64,000 bases of DNA. Source: Giardia intestinalis (taxonomy: Eukaryota). Below the pieces are notes generated by a model. The model was not told the origin of the DNA, made no database searches, and was given only the letters and a program-made list of their open reading frames with translations. The stretch lies in assembly GCA_000002435.2 (NCBI GenBank), contig CM018792.1; one strand, written 5' to 3'. Positions 9,504 to 18,539 of the stretch are shown here, piece by piece (the stretch's first letter is position 1; each line of letters opens with the position of its first letter). The position numbers were made by a program, and so were the translations under genes.

Positions 9504-10661
9504 CTACGCCAGCGCGACCAGGTACGATTGTTCCATGCTGACCGGAGAAGCGTGGCCTCCGATGAGTAGGAACGAGTTGCTAGTGACTTGGATACAAGAT
9601 CCCCCTGATCTTCCCGAAAATGGGTCGCCGGAAAGCTTCAAGCGGCGAGGCTCGAAGGTTCTTAGGTCGATAATCCATATGTCGTTGAATATGTCCCAAT
9701 CGTTGCGGCCTCCAATAACGAGCAAGTTGCTCCCAAATGCAAGAAGGCTTGCACCTCGTCGCGGGGATATCTCCTTTAAAGTGCGCTCGCCCCACTGCCC
9801 GTTGACCAGGTCATAGTAGAAGAGCGTGTTATAGTGCCTCCTCTGGTCCAGCCCCCCAAAGAAGTAAACCGTCTCCTCAACCAGGGCCGAGCTGACGCTC
9901 CCCACGGCAATCGGTGGCTTGAGAACGCGAGTCACGGTTTGATCATCAAAGTCCACGATAAAAGCGTCTCCACACGGCACCTTCCGCTTACCGATCCCTC
10001 CATAGAGCAGAGCTTTGCAGCTAGAGATCTTGCAGAAATTGTGGGAATAGCGTGGAGAGATGTGGTCGCCGGCCAGCTTTATCTCAGACGTCTTATATGT
10101 GAAGGGATCAATAGCGTCGACCTTCATGGGGTCAACCTTGCTGCAGGCGTTCCAATACGAAGTTAGGCCCCCGTGGATCAAGTAAAGCTTTTTATACTCG
10201 CAGGCAGCAAAGAGCATGCGAGGCTCGATAGACGGGATCTCCTGGGTCTCAACCAGAATCTCTCCGTAAGATTGGGGAACAAACATATAAAACCTAGACT
10301 TAGGCGGGCTTCCTCCACTGAAATAGTAACACATACTTCGAATGCGAATGATCGGCGCGGTGATCGTTCTTTTAGGAACGCCTAGACGAGTAACTGTCCC
10401 TGTGCCAAAGGAGGCTTGGGAAGGAGAAAACTCCAGCACCTCTCCCAAAAAGGCCGTCTGCGATTCTTCGCTAGTCTTATGCTTGGCCAAATCCACAGGT
10501 GATGCGTGCTTTTCCTGTGGTGAGATCAGACCACATTTCATGTTAATTTGTCCTTTCTCACCAGAAAAAGTAATATTGCTCAAAGGAGGTATCACCGTCA
10601 ACCTTTTGGTATAGGCGCGTTTTCTACCCTTGGCTAGTAGGTGGCTGTGCCTGTACACCAT
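9504..10661 (-). CDS. Kelch-repeat (beta-propeller) protein, 385 aa.
   Basis: Repeated Kelch signatures: GG doublets followed by aromatic/W (YGGIG, FFGGLD, VIGGRNDWDIFNDIWIIDL, LIGGHAS), spaced about 50 aa apart. Confidence 0.6.
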   Translation of the reverse strand: MVYRHSHLLAKGRKRAYTKRLTVIPPLSNITFSGEKGQINMKCGLISPQEKHASPVDLAKHKTSEESQTAFLGEVLEFSPSQASFGTGTVTRLGVPKRTITAPIIRIRSMCYYFSGGSPPKSRFYMFVPQSYGEILVETQEIPSIEPRMLFAACEYKKLYLIHGGLTSYWNACSKVDPMKVDAIDPFTYKTSEIKLAGDHISPRYSHNFCKISSCKALLYGGIGKRKVPCGDAFIVDFDDQTVTRVLKPPIAVGSVSSALVEETVYFFGGLDQRRHYNTLFYYDLVNGQWGERTLKEISPRRGASLLAFGSNLLVIGGRNDWDIFNDIWIIDLRTFEPRRLKLSGDPFSGRSGGSCIQVTSNSFLLIGGHASPVSMEQSYLVALA

Positions 10662-10976
10662 CCAGGACGTAGATATTTAAATTGGGGGATAGGACGGATA
10701 TCACCCTACGACTCTTATCGTCCCATGCCTGCCGGGAATTGTAGTAAGGGATAATTAGTGCAGATCCAGTAATAGGATAGGAGGAGGATATACCACTAAA
10801 TCCTGGACATTAGGCTCATTTTGTAAAACATGCAGGCCTGCGTTTTTCACTCTTTAGCCAATGCACATAAAATTATCAGACACGATTAATTACGAAGAAC
10901 TTTTGCGGGGGTAAGTGTAGAATGACCAGCTAGCTGTAGCTACTTACTGCTACCGCAGAAAAAGCCATGGCGAAGG

Positions 10977-13508
10977 ATGAGCACTGCCGACGTTTATGGG
11001 TTGGCCTTCGGGTCTATACTTTTAATTAGCGTATCCATATCGTGCGGTGCTCTTGTCATTTTTGGTGGATTGAGGCATGCATTCCCGGAGATTTTTCAGC
11101 CACAGCGGCACAGACAGCACACCCTTAGCAGATTTCCTTGGTTCATCGACGTCTTTATTCGTCCTCTGGAGGAGTTTGCGAGGAGGGGAGATCTAGTGCT
11201 TCTTTATATCCTGCATCAGACTGCAGTTATCATCATGCTCTTCATTCTCTCGTCATTCAGTGTGCTGGTCTTGATTCCCGTATACTGGCGTGGCACCATG
11301 CAGGGGAGCCTGGGCTCCGGGTGGTCATCCATAACTATCTCTCATCTGGAAGGAAATTGCTTGGCGTATCTCTTCCCGTTAGTAGCAACGTTCATCTATA
11401 TGTTTATAATTCTGTTCTATTATACCCAACTCAGAAGCTTCTGCGTGCGCATTCAGCAGAGCCTACCACCTCCACGCTACGTACTTCTTCTTCACCTTCC
11501 CAAAGAGCTTCGCTACATACAACCGCTTCAGACAGCGTGCCAGCTAATGTACGGAGAAACATTGCGCTGGATAATACCCGTAACGCAGCGTTTTCATACT
11601 GCTGTTAGATGCATCAAAAAGCAAGACCGCCTAGTACACCGAGCAAGCGTAAAGCTCTGCGAATGCGAATGGTACAGTTGCGCCTTGCAAAAGGAAATGC
11701 AGATGATGACAACGCGCGGGCCGCTGCTTAACAAGCTACTTAATATGAAGCGGATACGAGCCGCTAAAAGATTTGGACGGAGCAAATATTCCTTTAGCCA
11801 GCTTCTCCATAAGTTGGATGGAGCGCAAGAAGAGCTGGACCTCATACTTTTGGGGCAGCCAATTAGCTCCGCGCAATATCAACTGCGCATGGAGCAGATA
11901 GAGTACCCTGACTTTTCTGACTACCAGTGCCTACGTGCACTAGGCAGTGATGCGTGTGAGAGGAATGATTGGCATGAGCACCCTTCAGAGGATTCTACCA
12001 ATTTAACTCAGTGGTTCCGAGGGCTTAAGGTCATGTCTGCAGTGCTTGAATTTCAAGATCCAGCTGCTGCGCACAAGGCGGCACAGATGTCTTTCTCTTC
12101 TAACGCATTTAAGCCTAGGGTCCTCGCTGTCTCTCCTCAGCATGTTGTGTGGAGTAACCTTCAAGTACCCGAAACGCTTCGTGCAGCCTTTCAGGTCCTA
12201 TATGTTCTGCTAGTGTTAATATACCTAACCATATACTTCTTTCCGTCCACAACTCTCGTCAATCTTGTTAACAAACATTCAGCCACATGGTTTCAACAGA
12301 TTTACGGAGGCATGTGCTCACCCCAAAGAAACAGGTGCAAGGCCCAGCCATCCATCAGTGGCGAGACAAGGAGCTCGATTGGCAGCACGACTTGCTATGC
12401 GTGTTACAAAATTACAAGCTACATGATAGTCTTTTTGCCGACGGTGATAACGACTAGCCTCAATTCGTTGCTTCCTGTAGTAATTGGTAGCCTTGCACAG
12501 CTCTGCAGGCCAATGTTTATAACCTCATTACGGATAGTTGAATACCAGACGATATTTTTGTTTCTCATCATCATTCAAGGAGCTCTTCAGATTGTGCTAC
12601 CGTCACTGCTGTCCAATGCTGGCGTTCTCGACTACTCCATCCTCTTGACTTATTCTCTTAATCAGATCCTCAGCCAGATTGGACGCAACATGCCCAATCA
12701 AGTGTTTTCTTTTCTTACATACGTGTGTACTAAGTACTTTGTATTCAGCATACTTTCTCTTTTCCGGCCAGTGGACATTTTGACAACGATATTTAACAAA
12801 ATTGTATATCAGCGCTCGTATTGGCCCATCCGTTCTTATAGGGCAGCCGCACGCTTTAACCTAGCAAAGCTCTGCGCATATAGCTCACACATGTTATGCA
12901 TAGGCTTTCTTTTTGGCATAATAGCTCCGATATCTCTTCCAGTGGTAACTATGGCATACACACTGATGGCAGCAGTTGATAGGCACAATATTCTGTATGT
13001 ACATCCAGTCGATGATGAAAGCTGGTTATCACCAGCTCCAAACATTCTCTTTTTCCTCCAAAACACTATCTTTGTCGGGTTCACCTTCATGCTTGTTGCA
13101 ACTGGTGCATACTATCTCCTTCTGACGGGATGGGTGCGAATAGTATGCTTCTCAGCTAATGTGCTCTTCCTCGCTATCTCGATATTTGTCAAAAAGACCC
13201 ACGACAGGAAGTACAAGCCAAATCCCAGGTATACGGGAGCGTGGAAGGAGACTGGAGTGGATAGAAAGAGCATATTTCAGGTTGATGAGAGCGTTTGGAA
13301 AGTGGACAGCTACCGCGGAAGATTGGAGTGGGGTAGAGTGGACAAGTTTAATGCGATAGGGGAAGAACGGCGTAGATTGGATATAGCAACCAGCGCTAAT
13401 GAAGTAGGGACACTGAGAGTTGGCGAGCACTCACTCAGTACCTTTGAGCGACTAGCTTGTTACACCAGAGTGCACACCATGGCAAGGGAGAGTGCTGACA
13501 ATCAGTGA
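10977..13508 (+). CDS. OSCA/TMEM63/CSC1-like (DUF221, RSN1_7TM) putative mechano/osmosensitive Ca-permeable channel, paralog 1 (843 aa).
   Basis: N-terminal TM directly at the start. Conserved family motifs: VVWSNLQVP (OSCA VFWSNLAIP); IFLFLIIIQGALQIVL (RYYIFNLVNVFL); GRNMPNQVFSFLTYVCTKYFVFSIL (IPMKATFFITYIMVDGW); GFLFGIIAPISLPVVTMAYTLMAAVDRHNILYVH (GLVYAPVTPMLLPFILVFFALAYIVYRHQIINVY). Clear paralog of 36552..40055. Confidence 0.7.
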   Translation: MSTADVYGLAFGSILLISVSISCGALVIFGGLRHAFPEIFQPQRHRQHTLSRFPWFIDVFIRPLEEFARRGDLVLLYILHQTAVIIMLFILSSFSVLVLIPVYWRGTMQGSLGSGWSSITISHLEGNCLAYLFPLVATFIYMFIILFYYTQLRSFCVRIQQSLPPPRYVLLLHLPKELRYIQPLQTACQLMYGETLRWIIPVTQRFHTAVRCIKKQDRLVHRASVKLCECEWYSCALQKEMQMMTTRGPLLNKLLNMKRIRAAKRFGRSKYSFSQLLHKLDGAQEELDLILLGQPISSAQYQLRMEQIEYPDFSDYQCLRALGSDACERNDWHEHPSEDSTNLTQWFRGLKVMSAVLEFQDPAAAHKAAQMSFSSNAFKPRVLAVSPQHVVWSNLQVPETLRAAFQVLYVLLVLIYLTIYFFPSTTLVNLVNKHSATWFQQIYGGMCSPQRNRCKAQPSISGETRSSIGSTTCYACYKITSYMIVFLPTVITTSLNSLLPVVIGSLAQLCRPMFITSLRIVEYQTIFLFLIIIQGALQIVLPSLLSNAGVLDYSILLTYSLNQILSQIGRNMPNQVFSFLTYVCTKYFVFSILSLFRPVDILTTIFNKIVYQRSYWPIRSYRAAARFNLAKLCAYSSHMLCIGFLFGIIAPISLPVVTMAYTLMAAVDRHNILYVHPVDDESWLSPAPNILFFLQNTIFVGFTFMLVATGAYYLLLTGWVRIVCFSANVLFLAISIFVKKTHDRKYKPNPRYTGAWKETGVDRKSIFQVDESVWKVDSYRGRLEWGRVDKFNAIGEERRRLDIATSANEVGTLRVGEHSLSTFERLACYTRVHTMARESADNQ

Positions 13509-14077
13509 ATGAAATCGGTAATAGACAATCCAAACTGATTCATGGTTGCAGATCCCAGTGAGGCGCATTGGGAAGAAGGATTGCGAGATTTTTTGGTGAG
13601 GATGGAGCTTAATTTGTTAGCAGGTCTGCTAGCCCCACTGGAGGCGGCGAATAAAGCTGCTGCGCCGTTTGCGAGATTGCATACTGACTTCTCCTTTTCT
13701 TGAACTAACCGCACAGACCTACCGCAGGCTGTGCAGTGAAGTAAAGCGTAATCTGGTCTAGGATGTTTGTGTGTAATTCTGCGTCCTAGGGAAATCCTAG
13801 TGGAGACTCGCGGCCCAGGAGAGACTATCTCTATACTGTCTAAGTCAATGCTATGGCCACAAAGCGTGCATACCAGTGGAAGGGTGGAATCAACGTTTCC
13901 ACCTACAGCATTCTCTGCAGCACGCATTAGCTCTGCTGAATAGGTGGTTGACGTCTTTAGAACATGCAGCGATAGCGTGGCAAGATGCTGGGCCTTCGCT
14001 TCTTCAAGGGCAGGGTTTGATAAGTCTTCTTCGGTCATAACTAACTTGCAAAAACAAGTTTTTGACTGCTGTACCAC
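13502..14077 (-). CDS. Hypothetical zinc-ribbon protein (two CxxC pairs about 42 aa apart), possibly Rpr2/Rpp21-like. The 3' end overlaps the convergent OSCA-like gene by 7 bp.
   Basis: CTLCGH...HCTACGRS preceded by a helical region. The assignment to the Rpr2 family is a guess from motif spacing only. Confidence 0.35.
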   Translation of the reverse strand: MVQQSKTCFCKLVMTEEDLSNPALEEAKAQHLATLSLHVLKTSTTYSAELMRAAENAVGGNVDSTLPLVCTLCGHSIDLDSIEIVSPGPRVSTRISLGRRITHKHPRPDYALLHCTACGRSVRLVQEKEKSVCNLANGAAALFAASSGASRPANKLSSILTKKSRNPSSQCASLGSATMNQFGLSITDFIH

Positions 14078-14445
14078 GAATATAAAGTCCGATCAGTATT
14101 CACTGAAGACAATCCTGCTATGCTTGACATTCTGCACTTCCTGCAGAGTAAGGTGCAGACTCCTTTTAAACTCTACAAATTGGTTAGATTGCCGTTAAAG
14201 TTGGCGTGGGTATATGCAATAAGAAGACTCCGCTGCTAGCCTGCCACTTCATAAGCGTGTCTGTCCACCGTGTACCTGCACGGCACAGTGGTCACTACCT
14301 ACAAGCTTTTCAGAAATAGCTGATAGCAAGCTCCTCCTAGATCGAGACAGCTTTGCTTTCGAGGGCAGCTGCGTTCAGAGCCTACGCATGGCATCTTTAT
14401 TCCTGATAGAACCTGCCGCAAACTAACCATTTAAATAATTACTAG

Positions 14446-15723
14446 ATGAACGCGCCAAAAAAGACCCGAAAGCCGTCTATCACCAAAGCTGAAAGCACTC
14501 CTCCTTCTCTCCCTCAGCAGGGGCTTCTTTATACAAACTATCCAGATCTAGGAAAGAATACAAAGGTATACTACTCGACACAGCTAGTGGAATCTCCCGA
14601 ACGTCATAGTTTAGTAGAGCTGAACAAACGGCGAGCAGCTAAGGAATCTCACGCGCTCACTTTGCGGAAGCGGTCTATGACTCACTTGTTTGGAATAACC
14701 GCATCTAGAAGGAACACCCTCCAGGCCTTTGATGAGGTCAATTCCTACACACATTTGAAGCAGATCAACCAGGCCCAGGCAATACGGCTGTCCTTAGCGG
14801 GCAAAAATCGAACAGCCGATAGCGAATATGCGGCCTTGTCGGCAGTCTCACAAACGAGGCTGCTGTATACGCATCCCAAGGCAGAGGCTATTCTCGGCAT
14901 GTCGCAGGTGGAACATGAGCGCTATAATGCACTTCGAGCAGGTGCAGCAATCCCACAAGGGGCACATGGAGAAACTGTTACCGGAGCCACTCTCATGACT
15001 GAGCTGCCACCCGAGACATGGGGAGGCACAGAAGATGTCAGTGGTGAGGCTGATTGTAAGCAGGATCTTCTTAGCGAGCAAGAGCAGCAGCTTCTTAGCA
15101 CTAGGGCAACGGTCTGCGATACTGATGTGACAATGAATGCAGAACTGAGCGTCAAAGAAGCTTATTCTGATTACCTTACTATCGAGGACCTTGCCTTTAG
15201 TCATGCTGGGAATGAGGCTAGGAAAAGGCCCAGAGCCGAACAATTGGCTAACCTGGAGAGGCAACGGCTGATAGCAAAGATAGAGTCTGCGTGTATCCCA
15301 CCAAATGTCAAAATAACATCATCCATAGGAGTCCGTGAGATGGCACTTAAGCCTATACAATCCATACCCTCTACGCTTGTCACATCAAGTCAGGTTCTAG
15401 ACCGGTCAACCCGATCGTTGAAAAACGTTCAGTCAACAACGGCATATGTTAACAAGCTGGTAAGGTCTTGTACAGAGACAACCTACCTGCCTGCGTCAGG
15501 GGGTAGGGAGGACAGGATTCGGCATTCTATCCCATCTTCCCATAGGTTTGTTACGACAGAGGCCTCGACAATGAAAGACCTCATTCACTTTATTCCAGAT
15601 AATTCTCAAGACATGCGAAAACGGAGCAGAGAATCGATTATAGAGCTTTCAGGATCGGGAGGTCCTCGTGTTGCAGATGTGCTTGATGTTCTAGTTTGGT
15701 CTAGGAGATCAACTGCCACATAG
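14446..15723 (+). CDS. Hypothetical protein, 425 aa, Ser/Thr/Gln-rich, no domain recognised.
   Basis: Uninterrupted ORF with an AT-rich upstream region (taaccatttaaataattactag ATG). Confidence 0.45.
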   Translation: MNAPKKTRKPSITKAESTPPSLPQQGLLYTNYPDLGKNTKVYYSTQLVESPERHSLVELNKRRAAKESHALTLRKRSMTHLFGITASRRNTLQAFDEVNSYTHLKQINQAQAIRLSLAGKNRTADSEYAALSAVSQTRLLYTHPKAEAILGMSQVEHERYNALRAGAAIPQGAHGETVTGATLMTELPPETWGGTEDVSGEADCKQDLLSEQEQQLLSTRATVCDTDVTMNAELSVKEAYSDYLTIEDLAFSHAGNEARKRPRAEQLANLERQRLIAKIESACIPPNVKITSSIGVREMALKPIQSIPSTLVTSSQVLDRSTRSLKNVQSTTAYVNKLVRSCTETTYLPASGGREDRIRHSIPSSHRFVTTEASTMKDLIHFIPDNSQDMRKRSRESIIELSGSGGPRVADVLDVLVWSRRSTAT

Positions 15724-15765
15724 ATCCGTGGACCAATTAGCTAAGTAGCTAGAGAATATCGATAT

Positions 15766-16959
15766 TCACTCACCGGGGGGAAGAAGCATGGTCCTTAGGC
15801 GTGAGTCCTGCACTTCTTGTATCTGTGCACGCTTATCCTCCAGCTCAGAATCACTAAGGCTCATATCGCTTGGCTCTTCATTCAGTCCGTCACTCTCTCT
15901 ATACGCAATGCGCCTTATAAAATGATCCCAACTGGCAAACACGACCATATCCAACTCCTTGTCTCCAGACGCTTGTGTTACCACCTGTGGAACCAGGTTG
16001 ACTGCACATATTCCGTCGAAGAACCGTCTAGATGACCTTGCTTCCTGTAGTTTGCCATGGCAAGTCAAAAAGACCAATCTTTTGCTTCGTAAGCCGATAA
16101 CTATGTGCCCAGTCTTCGAAACAATCTCTTCGTCGCTTGGAAATGCCCAGTCCAAGGCCCAATCCTCTAGCTCGATGCTATACAAATGTGTTTCTTGCTG
16201 ATTCTTCAAGGACCCAGCTAGTTCTGTCTTTTCGCCTGTTTCAGAGTAAAGCTTCTCTAAGAACATGGCCAGTGGAAGCTCAACGCCTCGGATGTGCTTG
16301 TCTGCGCAGGCTGTCCACAGGATTTCTCCTGCAAACTTCACTAGCAGTACGTTGGTAGGATGCGGTTGGAGGCGGTAGATGACTTCCATTGTGTTTCCAT
16401 CAATCACAACAGTTGCGCCATCAGAGCAGGCAGCTGCAAGAAGGATGTGACCATCTCCTGATAGAGGAAGAAGACACAGAGAGTTGACAGCCCTCTGAGA
16501 GATAGATATTGTCGCTGACGTGATATACGGACTTTCCTGAATGGGTGTATTAGGCTCGAATGCCTGCTTATTCCTAGAGATGTCCCACCTGGAGACATAA
16601 CCGTCGGCAGATCCGCTGAAGATATAGTGCTCGTCGTGTGAAAAGATCATGCATTTGACAAAGTCGTTGTGTGAGGTCAATCCGGGACCAGGAGCAAAGA
16701 TCGCGTTGTCAACGATGGTTCTGTCCACTATGGAAAAGCACAGGATCCGTTTGTCCCAGCTTCCCGTGTACATGTGCCGTTTATTTTGCGAAAGAAGAAT
16801 GCAGACTACAGGCCCGGTATGGCCCTCGTAAGAGCGTACCAGTCTGCCTGTTTTCCAGTTAAAGCAGCGCACCTGATGTGTTGCCAGACCGATAAATGTA
16901 TATGGGCCATTAGTGACCGCCGAAACGATCTTGCTCTTGCAGTCTATTTGGTGAAGCAT
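15766..16959 (-). CDS. WD40-repeat protein, 397 aa.
   Basis: Multiple WD-like repeats (GHTGPVVCI...SWDKRI, FSGSADGYVSRWDI, etc.). Confidence 0.6.
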   Translation of the reverse strand: MLHQIDCKSKIVSAVTNGPYTFIGLATHQVRCFNWKTGRLVRSYEGHTGPVVCILLSQNKRHMYTGSWDKRILCFSIVDRTIVDNAIFAPGPGLTSHNDFVKCMIFSHDEHYIFSGSADGYVSRWDISRNKQAFEPNTPIQESPYITSATISISQRAVNSLCLLPLSGDGHILLAAACSDGATVVIDGNTMEVIYRLQPHPTNVLLVKFAGEILWTACADKHIRGVELPLAMFLEKLYSETGEKTELAGSLKNQQETHLYSIELEDWALDWAFPSDEEIVSKTGHIVIGLRSKRLVFLTCHGKLQEARSSRRFFDGICAVNLVPQVVTQASGDKELDMVVFASWDHFIRRIAYRESDGLNEEPSDMSLSDSELEDKRAQIQEVQDSRLRTMLLPPGE

Positions 16960-17033
16960 GGATCCAGCGCTAGGTGGGACGGATTTTAAAACTTCTTTAA
17001 ATAAGAGACTCTTTTAGACCATCTCAAGAGGAG

Positions 17034-18524
17034 ATGCATACGGGGCCTATTAGTGCCAATGCAGCAACCCGCAATAGCCATAGAAGGCTGCTCATACCGC
17101 TTCCTTCTAACTCTTTTTTACCTCCGCTGCTCTCTCAAAATTGTCTCCAAGCTTTTGTTGCTATGCGCCACGTCAATATAACACCTATTTATAGCGTTTC
17201 TCCCTGCAGTGATAAGGTGCTTCAGGTTTGTACTGAGCCGTGCGTTTCATGCACACTACGTCACGTAATCGACGAGCTTTCGTTTTTGGAGAGTGAATGT
17301 GGCATTAGGCTGGCAGCATCCATTTTTGTCGGGGCCTTGGAAGCATTGGCTTATTTAGCTTGTCTCAGTAGAGTGTGGGGACTAGAGTTAGACATTCAGA
17401 ATATAAATTGGCTGGATATGTTATGCGTAGATGACAGAGGGCAGTGGAAAATAATTGCCCATAAGATGAGTTCTTATCGGGGTGGTCACAAGCCATGCAA
17501 TAGCATATCAGGCACACATACGCCTTCTAATAACTTTCGTACTTGTGATGAAATAGCCCACATGTGTTTACCCGGTATGCAGTCACTGGGACTTATTATA
17601 TTGAATTTACTAGTTGCTGGGTCTCGCATTGACCTAGAGGAAAGTATAACGCTACGAAGTTGGAATAAACTTCAAACGGATATTGCATGCTCCCGAAACA
17701 AACACGAGATTCCTGACCTAAGGCTTTTCATTGATACGCTCAGTATCATATGGGACGAAAACTTCAACCAGCCTGTACATCCATATCACATACTCACGCG
17801 CCTTCTGCCCATTCTTCAGACATACATGAAAGACGAATCTACTAAAAGCGGAGCAGTGGACCCTGAACACAGAAGAAAATCAAAATACTCTCCGCTTATG
17901 CTCGGTGTCTTATCCAAAGACTATGAGCTCGTGCAAAGACACATTTCGTATGCAGGTTGTAGAACAGCATCAGGAATGACAGCCCTTATGATGGCGGCAA
18001 GAGACAATTTTGTAGAAGCCGTACAGATTCTACTTCCCCATGAAGCACACTATAAAACGTTTTTAGGGACTAGATTTGAGAGTAGAACAGCACTGATGTT
18101 CGCAACCCACAACCGCAACTACGACTCCATGCATATACTCTATGAGCAAGAAGCTGGAATCGCTAATGTCTATGGGGCCACATCCTTAATGCGTGCAGCT
18201 CAAAATGGAGATTGTGTAGCAGTTGAGATACTCATGAAGCGCGAAGCAGGAATGGCTAACTACACAGGGTTTACGGCACTGATGAATGGAGCCACAAAAG
18301 GCTTCACCAAAATTGTAAGTTTGCTGCTCCCATTTGAAGCAGGAGGAGTTACAAATGATAAGCACGAATGGGGAAAGGGCCATTCTGCCCTTTCGCTGGC
18401 GGCAATGAATGCTAACAAAGAGGTAGTTTTGTTGTTATATGAAGTTGAGCGACAGTTACTTAAGTCTCGGTGCATATTAACATCCGGAAAAACAGTGATA
18501 GAGGAGCTTATTGAAGGAAAGTAG
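17034..18524 (+). CDS. Ankyrin-repeat protein of the Giardia 'protein 21.1' family, 496 aa.
   Basis: C-terminal half is tandem 33-aa ankyrin repeats of the Giardia type (TALMMAARDNFVEAVQILLPHEA, TALMFATHNRNYDSMHILYEQEAG, TSLMRAAQNGDCVAVEILMKREAG, TALMNGATKGFTKIVSLLLPFEAG, SALSLAAMNANKEVVLLL). Confidence 0.7.
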   Translation: MHTGPISANAATRNSHRRLLIPLPSNSFLPPLLSQNCLQAFVAMRHVNITPIYSVSPCSDKVLQVCTEPCVSCTLRHVIDELSFLESECGIRLAASIFVGALEALAYLACLSRVWGLELDIQNINWLDMLCVDDRGQWKIIAHKMSSYRGGHKPCNSISGTHTPSNNFRTCDEIAHMCLPGMQSLGLIILNLLVAGSRIDLEESITLRSWNKLQTDIACSRNKHEIPDLRLFIDTLSIIWDENFNQPVHPYHILTRLLPILQTYMKDESTKSGAVDPEHRRKSKYSPLMLGVLSKDYELVQRHISYAGCRTASGMTALMMAARDNFVEAVQILLPHEAHYKTFLGTRFESRTALMFATHNRNYDSMHILYEQEAGIANVYGATSLMRAAQNGDCVAVEILMKREAGMANYTGFTALMNGATKGFTKIVSLLLPFEAGGVTNDKHEWGKGHSALSLAAMNANKEVVLLLYEVERQLLKSRCILTSGKTVIEELIEGK

Positions 18525-18539
18525 TATAGTTATCTAGTT

